NCBI GenBank assembly: GCA_965116495.1
Contig: OZ220696.1
Span: 2,816,001-2,880,000, forward strand
Source of the DNA: Gammaproteobacteria bacterium
GTDB taxonomy: Bacteria > Pseudomonadota > Gammaproteobacteria > Eutrophobiales > Eutrophobiaceae
Direction: 5' to 3'
DNA: 64,000 bases
The notes under the pieces were generated by a model. It made no database searches. It was not told where the DNA came from and worked only from the letters and a program-made list of their open reading frames with translations. Shown here piece by piece: positions 37,180 through 46,712 of this stretch. The position numbers and the translations under genes are program-made. How positions within the stretch are numbered: position 1 is the first letter of the stretch; the number at the start of each line of letters is the position of its first letter.

Positions 37180-38013
37180 ACGTGGGTGTCCAACATGGAA
37201 CAACCACCTGTAAGCGCCTGCGTCTTCCAGTTCTATGGTCAGCTCCACCGCGCGGGGAAGAGCTTCGTCGTTACCAGCGAGTCCCTGCGACTCGCGAGGC
37301 GTCCCCAGCGCGAAGGGAAGATCTTGCGTTCCTCCGATATTCGTCGATGGCGGCCAGCGCGCCAGCCATAAGCCGGCGTCCGCCAGGTAGCGCAGACGGA
37401 TATCCCCGATACCTTCCAGAAGCAGGTTGTCCCGGGACAGCATTCCATACGGCCGGTCGAGTCGCGCCCAGGTCCGGCGGTAAAGCCCGCCATCGTCAAG
37501 GCGGTAGCCGACGCGCAGGAACGGGCTGGCCGGCCCCGCGTGAAAATCGGCATTCACGCTCCGGGTAAACTCCAGCACGTTCTCATAAGCCGCGGAATTA
37601 CCATATTCATGACCGTTAAAGGGCTGGCCGGCGCCGCCCGGCGCCCGGTCCACAGCCTGTTCGAAGTCGGCATGAACCAGGTTGAAGACCGTCTCCAGCC
37701 GCTGCCAGAAACGTCTTTGCTCCTGCAACCGGTCCTGCACAACCAGCCCCTGGCTCAACGCCCCGTACGCGGCGGCGGCCACCAGTGAGAAAATCGCCAT
37801 GGCAACGACCAGTTCCAGCAGGGTCAATCCCGCGTAGCGACCCCTGGCTCGCGGGGACAGGCTTAAGCAGGCCCCCGCATGTTGTAAGCGCGGGTCCGTC
37901 CCCCGTAAGCAGGGTCCCCTTACAAGGAATGTGCGTTCACCGGACTCTGGTCCCCGCTTACGGCGTGCGGGGACAGGCCTGCACGGGAGCGGTACTACGG
38001 GCAACAGTGACAT
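37177..38013 (-). CDS. gspJ: T2SS minor pseudopilin J with a very long leader (start ATG 38013 or GTG 38091)
   Basis: 'AG|LTLLELVVAMAIFS', 'DFEQAVDR', 'RVGYRL', 'LPRAVEL'. Confidence 0.88.
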   Translation of the reverse strand: MSLLPVVPLPCRPVPARRKRGPESGERTFLVRGPCLRGTDPRLQHAGACLSLSPRARGRYAGLTLLELVVAMAIFSLVAAAAYGALSQGLVVQDRLQEQRRFWQRLETVFNLVHADFEQAVDRAPGGAGQPFNGHEYGNSAAYENVLEFTRSVNADFHAGPASPFLRVGYRLDDGGLYRRTWARLDRPYGMLSRDNLLLEGIGDIRLRYLADAGLWLARWPPSTNIGGTQDLPFALGTPRESQGLAGNDEALPRAVELTIELEDAGAYRWLFHVGHPR

Positions 38014-38032
38014 GATTGCAACCCGAAAAAAT

Positions 38033-38060
38033 AATCTGCGTTCATCTGCGTCATCTGCGG
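38033..38060. repeat. Short tandem ATCTGCG repeat element at the dnaA/gspJ junction
   Basis: aatctgcgttcatctgcgtcatctgcgg with aaaaaataat on both sides. Confidence 0.6.
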
Positions 38061-38101
38061 AAAAAAATAATACCCCCGACTGATGTTCCACCAGGCTGAT
38101 G

Positions 38102-39418
38102 CTACATAGTCAGGATACTAAGCAGGTTCTTGTAGTCTTCCTCGACCCTGTTGTCATTTTGCCGTAATTCCGCGACCTTTCTGTGGGCATGCAATACAGT
38201 AGTGTGATCGCGTCCGCCGAACGCGTCTCCTATCTCGGGAAGGCTGTGGTTGGTCAATTCTTTCGCCAGGGCCATGGCTACCTGCCTGGGACGCGCAATG
38301 GACCGGCTTCTCCGTTTTGACAGCAGGTCCGCAACCTTGATTTTGTAATACCCGGCGATAACCTTCTGAATGTTCTCCAGGGTAACCTGGCGTTCCTGCA
38401 ACAGTAACAAATCCCGTAGCGCCAGCTGGCAGAATTCGATATCGATGGGCTGTCCGGTCAGGTTGGCGTTGGCGATGACCCGGTTCAGGGCGCCTTCCAG
38501 TTCGCGCACGTTCGAAATGAAGCGTTTGGCAATAAAAAAAGCCACGTTGTCCGGAAGATCAATTCCTGCGTTTTCCGCCTTGGACTTGACAATGGCAACA
38601 CGGGTCTCGTATTCCGGCGGTTCTATGGCAACGGTCAACCCGCTGCTGAAGCGCGACCTGAGCCGGTCCTCGATGCCGTCAACCTCCTTCGGGTAGCGGT
38701 CGCAGGTCAGGACCACCTGGTTTTCCCCTTCCAGCAGAGTATTGAACGTATAGAAAAACTCCTCCTGCGACCTGTCCTTACCGGCAAAAAACTGTATGTC
38801 ATCAATAAGCAACACATCCAGTGTGCGGTAATTTCGTTTGAACTCGTCAATGGTATTGTGGCGCAGCGCTTTCACCATGTCGGCAACAAACCGTTCCGAG
38901 TGCAGGTAGGCAACGTTCATGTTCGACCGGCCTTCAAGAATGGAGTTGCCTATGGCGTGCATCAAGTGGGTTTTGCCAAGGCCGACGCCACCACACATGA
39001 ATAAGGGATTGTACGCCGTACCGGGATTTTCCGCGACCTGTATGGCCGCAGCCCGGGCGAGTTGATTCGACTTTCCTTCCACGAATGAGGAAAACCGGTA
39101 ACTCCGGTTAAGGTTCTCCGGCAGATAATTGCGATTGAATACCGGTTCCTGTGTGCGCTGCCGCCGCCCTGCGCCCGTCTTCTGGCTGCCGACTTCAAGA
39201 GACAGGCTCAGCTTTGCGCCTTGTTCCTGTGAACGCAGTAATTCCTCGATGCGCTGCAGGTATTTTTCACTGACCCAATCCAGGACAAACCGGTTCGGTG
39301 CGAGCAATCGCACTCCGGCCTTGCCCTCTATGGCCTGCAACGGACGAATCCAGGTATTGAACTGTTCTGGAGGCAACTCTCCCGCAAGTCGTTCCAGGCA
39401 TGTTTTCCAGGCTGACAT
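38102..39418 (-). CDS. dnaA: Chromosomal replication initiator
   Basis: '[17 protein letters not shown]', 'LLIDDIQF', 'NVRELEGAL', '[11 protein letters not shown]'. Confidence 0.98.
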   Translation of the reverse strand: MSAWKTCLERLAGELPPEQFNTWIRPLQAIEGKAGVRLLAPNRFVLDWVSEKYLQRIEELLRSQEQGAKLSLSLEVGSQKTGAGRRQRTQEPVFNRNYLPENLNRSYRFSSFVEGKSNQLARAAAIQVAENPGTAYNPLFMCGGVGLGKTHLMHAIGNSILEGRSNMNVAYLHSERFVADMVKALRHNTIDEFKRNYRTLDVLLIDDIQFFAGKDRSQEEFFYTFNTLLEGENQVVLTCDRYPKEVDGIEDRLRSRFSSGLTVAIEPPEYETRVAIVKSKAENAGIDLPDNVAFFIAKRFISNVRELEGALNRVIANANLTGQPIDIEFCQLALRDLLLLQERQVTLENIQKVIAGYYKIKVADLLSKRRSRSIARPRQVAMALAKELTNHSLPEIGDAFGGRDHTTVLHAHRKVAELRQNDNRVEEDYKNLLSILTM

Positions 39419-39543
39419 CTCTATGAAACCCGCACCCTCATCGGAAAAAATACAAACAGAAATGGGCCGTCAAGTGTATACCTCTTGAACGGACTTATCC
39501 AATAGAAAATCCCCATATTTCCCGAATCCGTTCCTCACTTTCA

Positions 39544-39573
39544 TTGACAAGCAGGAGAACAAGAAAGTAGAAT
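39544..39573 (+). promoter_or_regulatory. Sigma70 promoter of the rpmH-rnpA-yidD-yidC operon
   Basis: TTGACA-18nt-TAGAAT. Confidence 0.7.
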
Positions 39574-39606
39574 GCCCGCGATGATCGGAAATAATACAGA
39601 AGGCCA

Positions 39607-39741
39607 ATGAAACGTACATACCAGCCCAGCAATATCAAGCGAAAACGCCGTCACGGTTTTCGCGTTCGCATGCGCACCAAAGCCGGGCGGCAAATATTAA
39701 AATCGCGCAGGGCCAAAGGTAGGAAGCGCTTGTCGGCCTGA
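39607..39741 (+). CDS. rpmH: 50S ribosomal protein L34
   Basis: Below the ORF-track cutoff; manual translation [44 protein letters not shown]. Confidence 0.98.
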   Translation: MKRTYQPSNIKRKRRHGFRVRMRTKAGRQILKSRRAKGRKRLSA

Positions 39742-39752
39742 CCCGTATATCC

Positions 39753-40112
39753 GTGTCACCTGAACGTCGCCGTTTCCAGCGAAAGAACAGACTGAACAGC
39801 GCAGCGGATTTCAACAACGTTTTTAAAACATCCTGTCGCTCCAGGGATTCGCAGTTTGTTATTCTGGCGCGCAGGAACGGCAGGCGCCATGCGCGGTTGG
39901 GACTGGCAATTTCCAGGAAGGCGGTAAAAACGGCTGTATTCAGAAACAGGGTAAAACGCACCATACGGGAAAGTTTCCGCAACCACGCAGAATTATTGTC
40001 AGGTCTTGACATAGTGGTCCTGGCGCAAAAGCAGGTAAAGTCACATGAAAGCAGGTTTATGAGCCAGTCTCTCAGAACACATTGGCAAAGGATTCTGCAA
40101 TGCGATCAGTAG
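39753..40112 (+). CDS. rnpA: Ribonuclease P protein component
   Basis: 'RLGLAISRK', '[16 protein letters not shown]'. Confidence 0.95.
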   Translation: MSPERRRFQRKNRLNSAADFNNVFKTSCRSRDSQFVILARRNGRRHARLGLAISRKAVKTAVFRNRVKRTIRESFRNHAELLSGLDIVVLAQKQVKSHESRFMSQSLRTHWQRILQCDQ

Positions 40113-40297
40113 TACGTTTTTACCAACGCTTTGTCAGCCCTTTCCTGGGCGCGAACTGCCGGTTTTACCCGTCATGTTCCAGCTACGCCTGTGAAGCCAT
40201 GGAAAAACATGGTGTTCTGCGCGGTGCCTGGCTGAGCCTCAGGCGCCTGTGCCGCTGTCACCCGTTTCATCCGGGCGGTATCGACCCTGTTCCCTAG
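40082..40297 (+). CDS. yidD: Membrane protein insertion efficiency factor
   Basis: '[11 protein letters not shown]', '[14 protein letters not shown]'. Confidence 0.93.
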   Translation: MAKDSAMRSVVRFYQRFVSPFLGANCRFYPSCSSYACEAMEKHGVLRGAWLSLRRLCRCHPFHPGGIDPVP

Positions 40298-40328
40298 CCC
40301 GTATATGACACCAGGCCGATAGTCATTC

Positions 40329-41975
40329 ATGGACACCATACGATTTGTTCTCGTCCTGGCGTTGACGCTGGTATCCATCATGCTCTGGGAAGCATGGCAA
40401 CAGGACTATGGCGCCTCTGGCGCCGGCGCCGGCTCGCAGGAAACGACGCTGCCTGTCGAAGATCCTGGAATTCCACGGATAAAGTCCGATGACGCAACGA
40501 CGCCGGCCTACCCTGGTGACGAGGGGTCGGCGCTGACAGACGGCTCTTTGACCACGGTAGAGACGGACGTCCTGCGCCTGAAAATCGATCAGGGCGGGAC
40601 CATCGTGTTTGCCGAATTGCCGGATTACCCGGTTTCCCTGGATAAACCGGACCAGGCTTTCGTGCTGCTGGATAACTCTGCCGATCTGTACCATGTTATT
40701 CAGAGCGGCATTGTCGGCGAGCGTACACCCACCCACAGGGACGTGTTCTCACCGGGGCGTTCATCCTATACCCTCAACGAAGGCGACAACATCCTGGAAG
40801 TGCCGTTCACCTGGAAATCGGCAGACGGCGTAACAGTAACCAAGATTTTTGTTTTCGAACGCGGCTCTTACCGGATTCACCTCAAACACATCATTGAAAA
40901 CGGGTCGGACGCAGACTGGGAGGGCCGCCAATATACCCAGATAAAACGGGATGACCCGTCCAGGGAGGGCCGAAGACTGCTGTATACCTACACCGGTGCG
41001 GTGCTCTCCAGCCCCGATAACCGTTATGAGAAGATCAGCTTCGATGACATGGAAGACGCAGAGGCAGACGAGAATATCAGTAACGGCTGGGCAGCCATGA
41101 TACAGCATTATTTTTTAACGGCTATTCTCCCTGCCGACAAGGAGACCGTGTACCGTTACTATACCCGCGCGTTTTCTTCCCAGTATTATTCAATCGGTAA
41201 CGTCTCTCCGGCCCTGCAACTCCCCCCGGGCCAGCAGGGTGAACTGGACGACTATCTTTACGTGGGGCCCAAGCAGCAGTCCGAACTGGAACAACTGGCG
41301 GAAGGCCTGGAACTGACTGTTGATTACGGCTTTCTCTGGTTTCTGGCCAAACCGTTGTTCTGGTGCCTGGAGCGACTGCACGGGTTGACGGGCAACTGGG
41401 GCTGGTCAATCATCCTGGTGACGATCCTGCTCAAGCTCCTGTTCTACCACCTGTCGGCTACCGGCTATCGATCCATGGCGAACATGCGCCGGGTACAACC
41501 TCGCATCATGTCGATCCGCGATCGCTACAAGGACGATCGCGCCCGTTTGAACCAGGCGATGATGCAGATTTACAAGGAGGAGAAAATCAACCCGTTTGGC
41601 GGCTGCTTCCCGATACTGGTACAGATCCCGGTATTTCTCGCCCTGTACTGGGTATTGCTGGAAAGTGTCGAATTGAGACAGGCGGACTTTATCTTCTGGC
41701 TGAACGACCTGTCCAGCAAGGACCCTTTTTATGTTCTGCCGATCATCATGGGCGCGACCATGTTGATCCAGCAAAAGCTCAATCCCGCACCGATGGATCC
41801 CATGCAGGAGAAAGTGATGAAGGCCTTGCCTTTCATCTTCACGATATTCTTCGCTTTTTTTCCTTCCGGACTGGTACTGTACTGGGTTACCAACAATGTC
41901 CTGTCCATTGCCCAGCAGTGGCTTATCACGAGAAACCTGGAAAAGGAGGGTCTTTCAACTGCCAAGTCAAAGTAA
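40329..41975 (+). CDS. yidC: Membrane protein insertase
   Basis: 'VDYGFLW', 'GNWGWSII', 'NPFGGCFP', 'GLVLYW'. Confidence 0.97.
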   Translation: MDTIRFVLVLALTLVSIMLWEAWQQDYGASGAGAGSQETTLPVEDPGIPRIKSDDATTPAYPGDEGSALTDGSLTTVETDVLRLKIDQGGTIVFAELPDYPVSLDKPDQAFVLLDNSADLYHVIQSGIVGERTPTHRDVFSPGRSSYTLNEGDNILEVPFTWKSADGVTVTKIFVFERGSYRIHLKHIIENGSDADWEGRQYTQIKRDDPSREGRRLLYTYTGAVLSSPDNRYEKISFDDMEDAEADENISNGWAAMIQHYFLTAILPADKETVYRYYTRAFSSQYYSIGNVSPALQLPPGQQGELDDYLYVGPKQQSELEQLAEGLELTVDYGFLWFLAKPLFWCLERLHGLTGNWGWSIILVTILLKLLFYHLSATGYRSMANMRRVQPRIMSIRDRYKDDRARLNQAMMQIYKEEKINPFGGCFPILVQIPVFLALYWVLLESVELRQADFIFWLNDLSSKDPFYVLPIIMGATMLIQQKLNPAPMDPMQEKVMKALPFIFTIFFAFFPSGLVLYWVTNNVLSIAQQWLITRNLEKEGLSTAKSK

Positions 41976-41989
41976 TTGACAGGCTGCAC

Positions 41990-42099
41990 GTCATTCCAGC
42001 GAAGCATGTCGTAAGCGGGGAGCTGGAATCCAGTCAAATAATCTTCCTTGTTATAATAAGGGCAGTGTTTTCCTGGATTCCGGCATTCGCCGGAATGAC
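41990..42099. repeat. Inverted doublet of family A REP-like units
   Basis: gtcattccagc...gctggaatccag (41990-42033) and ctggattccggcattcgccggaatgac (42073-99). Confidence 0.8.
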
Positions 42100-42117
42100 A
42101 GCCGACCCTGACCCACA

Positions 42118-43473
42118 GTGACAGAACATACAGATACCATCGCGGCAATCGCTACGCCGCCGGGACAGGGAGCGGTGGGTATCGTGAAAATATCCGGCCC
42201 TGACAGCGCCAGGATTATCACGACGGTGTGCCGGAATAAACCGGCTCATCGACAGTGCCGGTATACGGCGTTTTACGGCGATCAGGGACAGGTCCTGGAT
42301 CGCGGCCTGGCGCTGTTTTTCCAAGGCCCCGATTCCCACACCGGCGGGGACGTGGCCGAGTTGCACGGCCACGGCGGGCCGGTGGTCATGAACCTGTTGC
42401 TGCAACGCGTATTGTCGCTGGGCGCCCGCTATGCGCGCCCCGGCGAGTTCAGCGAACGCGCCTTCCTCAATAACAAGATTGACCTGCTGCAAGCTGAAGC
42501 CGTGGCGGACCTGATCAGCAGCGCCTCCGAACAAGCGGCGCTGAGCGCGGTACGCGCCATGGAGGGCGCATTTTCTTCACGCCTGGATGAACTGGCGCAG
42601 AAAGTAATCGAATTGCGCATGTTTATCGAAGCCACGCTGGACTTTCCCGAGGAAGAAGTCGATGGCCTGACGCAGGCAGAATTGAATGAGCGACTGGCGG
42701 ACTGCCGGCGCTGCCTGGACGAGATTTGCGCGCAGGCGGAAAGCGGCAGGTTGCTGGCAGAAGGCTTGAAAATAGCGCTGCTGGGCAAACCCAATGCGGG
42801 CAAATCCAGCCTGCTGAACCGGCTGGCCGAGGCTGAGCGCGCCATTGTCTCCCCCCGGCCCGGCACCACCCGGGATACTATTGAGCAGCGCATTTTGATC
42901 GACGGCATCCCGCTCAGCGTCATCGACACGGCCGGGATAAGAGAGGCCGGCAACCAGATTGAACGGGAAGGGGTCAGGCGCACCAGGGCGGCGGCGGCTG
43001 ATGCGGATATAGTGATCCTGATTGCCGATACCTGCCGCAACGATGTTGCGGATTTACGTGCGGTCGCCGCAGAGCTGGGACCTGGAAAAAACCTGTTGTA
43101 CGTCTTCAACAAGATCGACTTGTCGGGACATGCAGCCGGCAAGCCCGCGGTGCCGGCAGACCGGCGGGAGATTTACCTTTCCGCAAAAACCGGGGCTGGA
43201 GTGGACGCGCTGAAGAAGGAGATTAAAGACCTGGTTACCGGCGCGGACTATTCGGAAAACAGTTTCATCGCTCACACCCGCCATATCGACGTATTACACA
43301 AAGCCGCAACGCAACTCAGGGAAGCCACAGCACGATTCCACCAGCACCGCGCCACTGAACTGTTCGCCGATGATCTCACCCGCGTGCAGCAGACCTTGGG
43401 GGAGTTGACCGGCGAGCACACCCCGGATGACCTGCTCGGCGAGATCTTCTCCCGTTTTTGTATCGGCAAATAG
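42118..43473 (+). CDS. mnmE: tRNA modification GTPase
   Basis: 'DTIAAIATPPG', 'GKPNAGKSS', 'GTTRD', 'DTAG', C-terminal 'FCIGK'. Confidence 0.97.
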   Translation: MTEHTDTIAAIATPPGQGAVGIVKISGPDSARIITTVCRNKPAHRQCRYTAFYGDQGQVLDRGLALFFQGPDSHTGGDVAELHGHGGPVVMNLLLQRVLSLGARYARPGEFSERAFLNNKIDLLQAEAVADLISSASEQAALSAVRAMEGAFSSRLDELAQKVIELRMFIEATLDFPEEEVDGLTQAELNERLADCRRCLDEICAQAESGRLLAEGLKIALLGKPNAGKSSLLNRLAEAERAIVSPRPGTTRDTIEQRILIDGIPLSVIDTAGIREAGNQIEREGVRRTRAAAADADIVILIADTCRNDVADLRAVAAELGPGKNLLYVFNKIDLSGHAAGKPAVPADRREIYLSAKTGAGVDALKKEIKDLVTGADYSENSFIAHTRHIDVLHKAATQLREATARFHQHRATELFADDLTRVQQTLGELTGEHTPDDLLGEIFSRFCIGK

Positions 43474-43583
43474 CCGGCAGGCTACTGCGAACAGGATCCA
43501 GTCCGCATCACCGCGGCGTGTTCCTGCCAATTATTATCCTGACAGTTAGAGGGACGGTTGCCTTGTTGAAAGGACTTACCGTG

Positions 43584-44416
43584 TTATGTATAGAATACAA
43601 AGTGGGCGTCCAGCATGTCGTCACCAGTCCCGCCTACCAGTAAGTCATCCCCACCGTCAGGACCGCCGTACAACACGTCATTGCCTTCCTTGCCATCCAG
43701 CGTATCATCACCGTGATAACCCCACAGCCAGTTTGCATCCTGGTTACCGACCAGCACGTCGTTATGGGCAGAGCCAAACACGTCTGAGATATCAAAAATT
43801 TCGATCTCCTGTCCTGCTTCCTCATTATCATCCCCCCCGAAAAACAAGTGATGGCAATCTTCTCAAAGTCGGAAACTTCGCAGTCCGATTGCCTGGGGCC
43901 ACCTTCGAGCCAGTCCCATCCTCTCCCGCCGTCGAGTTCGTCGTCACCGGCGCCACCGATGAGCCTGGTATGCAAATAATAGTCGCTCCTGTCAGTGCCG
44001 ACGAGGCTGAGGGGGTCAGCGTCAACGTCATACACCGCCAACTGGTAGCGGCCGGAATTGTCCTGGATCGGGTTACCCGTGAAGGCGCCGACGCTGAGGT
44101 AGTACGTGGCCGTGACCTCGGGTGAGAACATCAGCCTTGAATTAACCATCCCCGCGGCACAGTCCACGTCGTCATGAAAGCCCACCTGCTCCCCTGCCTG
44201 GTTGTAAATCCTGAGCACTGTATCCGTGTCCGCATCAGGCCCGATGCCGCGCAGTTTGATGTCATAGTTTCTCCCCTCCACCAGTTCCACCCTGGTCCTG
44301 TCTTCATCGGACTTGTCCGCCAGCACGCCTTCAAAGCCCTCGCCAACAGATATCATGTACGCGGTGTCAACAGATGCGGCTGCATCCTGAGTCTTATCTC
44401 CCACAGAATGTGTCAT
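43584..44416 (-). pseudogene. Frameshifted, truncated PPC-domain plus RTX Ca-binding repeat protein
   Basis: PPC-like 'DTVLRIYN...HDD...TYYLSV', then GGxGxD nonamers in two different frames (43634-44416 and 43584-43847). Confidence 0.7.
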
Positions 44417-44469
44417 AACTTATCTCCTGTGACAAAAATTCACAGCATATAATAAGGTGCCTTATCAAT

Positions 44470-45450
44470 ATGACACTTTTTTTCGGTTCATGGGAGCTCC
44501 CGGTGATTAACAAGAGATGTAAATTCCTCTTCATCACGCTGAGCAATATTGGCGATGCGTTGTTGACGACCCCGGTATTGCAGTTTTTACACCGGTATGA
44601 TGAAACCGCGACCGTCGATATAGTCGGCGACGAGCGTTCGTCCATGCTGTTCCTTCACTGTCCTTACCGGGGTGAGATTTATCACAAGCAGAAACAACGG
44701 TTTTTACGCGGGACGCCGTCCCTGCTGCTCGAACTGCGCCGCAAGCGCTACGACCTGGTTGTCGATTTGCGCACGGACATCCTGGCGCGCTTGGTCAGGG
44801 CCGACAAAAGACTTGTGAAGACAGCCGGGGGCGGGCAGGCCCATGCGGTTGAACGGCATTTTGCCGCCATTTCACCAATAACCGGAGATCAGGAAATACT
44901 GTCTACCACCTTGTGGCCGGGACAGGCGGACCGGGATTATGCCGACGGGGTTTGTCGGCAACTGCCCGGCAACCGATGGCTGTGCATCGGCCCCGGCGCA
45001 AACTGGGAGAAGAAGATCTGGCCGGCGGCAAAATATGCGACGGCGGCAGACGAACTCCGCGGCGGGTTTGACGCGCTCGTTCTGCTGGGCAATAAGGCCG
45101 ATAATCGGCAGGCGGAACTCGTTGCCGAGCGCGCGGCGTTGCCATGCGTCAACCTCTGTGGCCGCACGACACTGCTGCAGGCCGCCGCCGTGCTGGCGCG
45201 GGTGACCCTGTTTCTCGGGAATGACTCCGGCCTCGGCCACATGGCCGCCGCCGTCGACACCCCTTCCTTCACCCTGTTCGGTCCCGGCAGCCCCGAACAT
45301 TACCGCCCCTGGGGACCTCGCGCCGCCTGGTATGCCGCTCCCGATCACAACATTGAAACCATCCCGGTCAACATCGTCGCGGAAAAACTTCACGCACACC
45401 TTGCGCACCTGTCCGGGACTGAAGCTGCTTATACGGTTTCTCCGGTTTGA
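44470..45450 (+). CDS. Glycosyltransferase family 9 (heptosyltransferase-like); start may be 44503
   Basis: 'LSNIGDALLTTP', 'GPGANWEKKIWP', 'GNDSGLGHMAAA', 'LFGP'. Confidence 0.88.
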   Translation: MTLFFGSWELPVINKRCKFLFITLSNIGDALLTTPVLQFLHRYDETATVDIVGDERSSMLFLHCPYRGEIYHKQKQRFLRGTPSLLLELRRKRYDLVVDLRTDILARLVRADKRLVKTAGGGQAHAVERHFAAISPITGDQEILSTTLWPGQADRDYADGVCRQLPGNRWLCIGPGANWEKKIWPAAKYATAADELRGGFDALVLLGNKADNRQAELVAERAALPCVNLCGRTTLLQAAAVLARVTLFLGNDSGLGHMAAAVDTPSFTLFGPGSPEHYRPWGPRAAWYAAPDHNIETIPVNIVAEKLHAHLAHLSGTEAAYTVSPV

Positions 45451-45469
45451 TGTTAGAATTGCGGTTTGA

Positions 45470-45511
45470 GGAACCTCTGATAGGTCCTGGACAGACTTGA
45501 TCAGGGCTTCC
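45470..45511. repeat. Mini inverted-repeat element (IS-end-like)
   Basis: GGAACCTCTGAT-18nt-ATCAGGGCTTCC; same end as 32920. Confidence 0.55.
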
Positions 45512-45561
45512 TTAAATTTTCGGAAAGCGTATAAATAATCAAATGTTGAAGGAGACATCAC

Positions 45562-46512
45562 ATGACAATGGCTGATCGCGACGGCGTCATCTGGTTTGAC
45601 GGCGAACTGGTTCCCTGGCGGGAGGCGAACGTGCATGTGCTTACCCACACGCTGCATTACGGCGTGGGGGTATTCGAAGGCATGCGCGCCTACGAGACGC
45701 CGCGCGGCGTTGCTATTTTCAGGCTGCATGACCACACCCGGCGCATGGCGCGTTCGGCGCATATCCTGGGGATGCGCCTGCCCCACACCTTCGACGAGAT
45801 TAACGAAGCCTGTATCACGGTAGTGCGGGAGAACGCCCTGTCAGCGGCCTATGTCCGGCCCATCTGTTTTTACGGGTCCGAGGGAATGGGACTGCGCGCG
45901 GACAACCTCAGCGTTCATGTGGCGGTCGCCGCCTGGGAATGGGGCGCTTACCTGGGCGATGAGGGACTGGAGAAGGGCATCCACATCAGGACGTCATCCT
46001 TCACCCGGCACCACGTGAATATCTCCATGTGCAAGGCCAAAGCCGTCGGCCATTACATCAATTCCATCCTTGCCTTGCACGAAGCCCTGGAATGCGGTTA
46101 CGACGAGGCGCTGCTGCTGGATAACGAAGGCTATGTCGCAGAGGGCAGCGGTGAGAACATCTTTATCGTACGCGACGGCATGATTTACACCCCGGACCTG
46201 ACCTCCGCCCTGGAAGGCGTGACCCGTGACACCATCATGGTGTTCGCCCGCGACCTGGGCATCGAAGTAAAGGAAAAACGGCTGACCCGGGACGAGGTCT
46301 ACATCGCCGATGAGGCGTTTTTCACCGGATCTGCGGCGGAAGTCACCCCCGTAGTGGAACTGGACAACCGGGCAATCGGGACAGGCCGGCGCGGACCGGT
46401 GACCACGAAACTCCAGAACATGTTTTTCGACCAGGTTCAAGGCCGCAGGGTCAGGCATCCGGAGTGGCTGACTTATGTGGAGGAAACCGGCGAGGTGGCT
46501 CAGGCAGTATGA
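45562..46512 (+). CDS. ilvE: Branched-chain amino acid aminotransferase
   Basis: 'HTLHYGVGVFEG', 'KAKAVGHY', 'EGSGEN', 'LEGVTR'. Confidence 0.96.
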   Translation: MTMADRDGVIWFDGELVPWREANVHVLTHTLHYGVGVFEGMRAYETPRGVAIFRLHDHTRRMARSAHILGMRLPHTFDEINEACITVVRENALSAAYVRPICFYGSEGMGLRADNLSVHVAVAAWEWGAYLGDEGLEKGIHIRTSSFTRHHVNISMCKAKAVGHYINSILALHEALECGYDEALLLDNEGYVAEGSGENIFIVRDGMIYTPDLTSALEGVTRDTIMVFARDLGIEVKEKRLTRDEVYIADEAFFTGSAAEVTPVVELDNRAIGTGRRGPVTTKLQNMFFDQVQGRRVRHPEWLTYVEETGEVAQAV

Positions 46513-46706
46513 GCAGCAGCGGAGTCAATACGCCGAATGACAGGCAACATTATGAAGTCAGCCGGCGCGACCTGCCCCTGCATTGCCCCCTGCCGGACAT
46601 GAGTCTGTGGAATTCCCACCCGCGGGTGTACCTGCCCATAGAGAATACGGGCGAGGCGAAATGCCCATACTGCGGAACCGAGTTCACGCTGGAATCCTCC
46701 GACTGA
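46509..46706 (+). CDS. CHCC zinc-finger protein
   Basis: 'LPLHCP...WNSHPRVYLPI...CPYCG'. Confidence 0.88.
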   Translation: MSSSGVNTPNDRQHYEVSRRDLPLHCPLPDMSLWNSHPRVYLPIENTGEAKCPYCGTEFTLESSD

Positions 46707-46712
46707 CCCGGA

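Noticed and set aside
36941-37207. N-terminal extension making GspK 435 aa
   Set aside because: Read-through of the MITE; the prepilin motif is far downstream and the start overlaps gspJ
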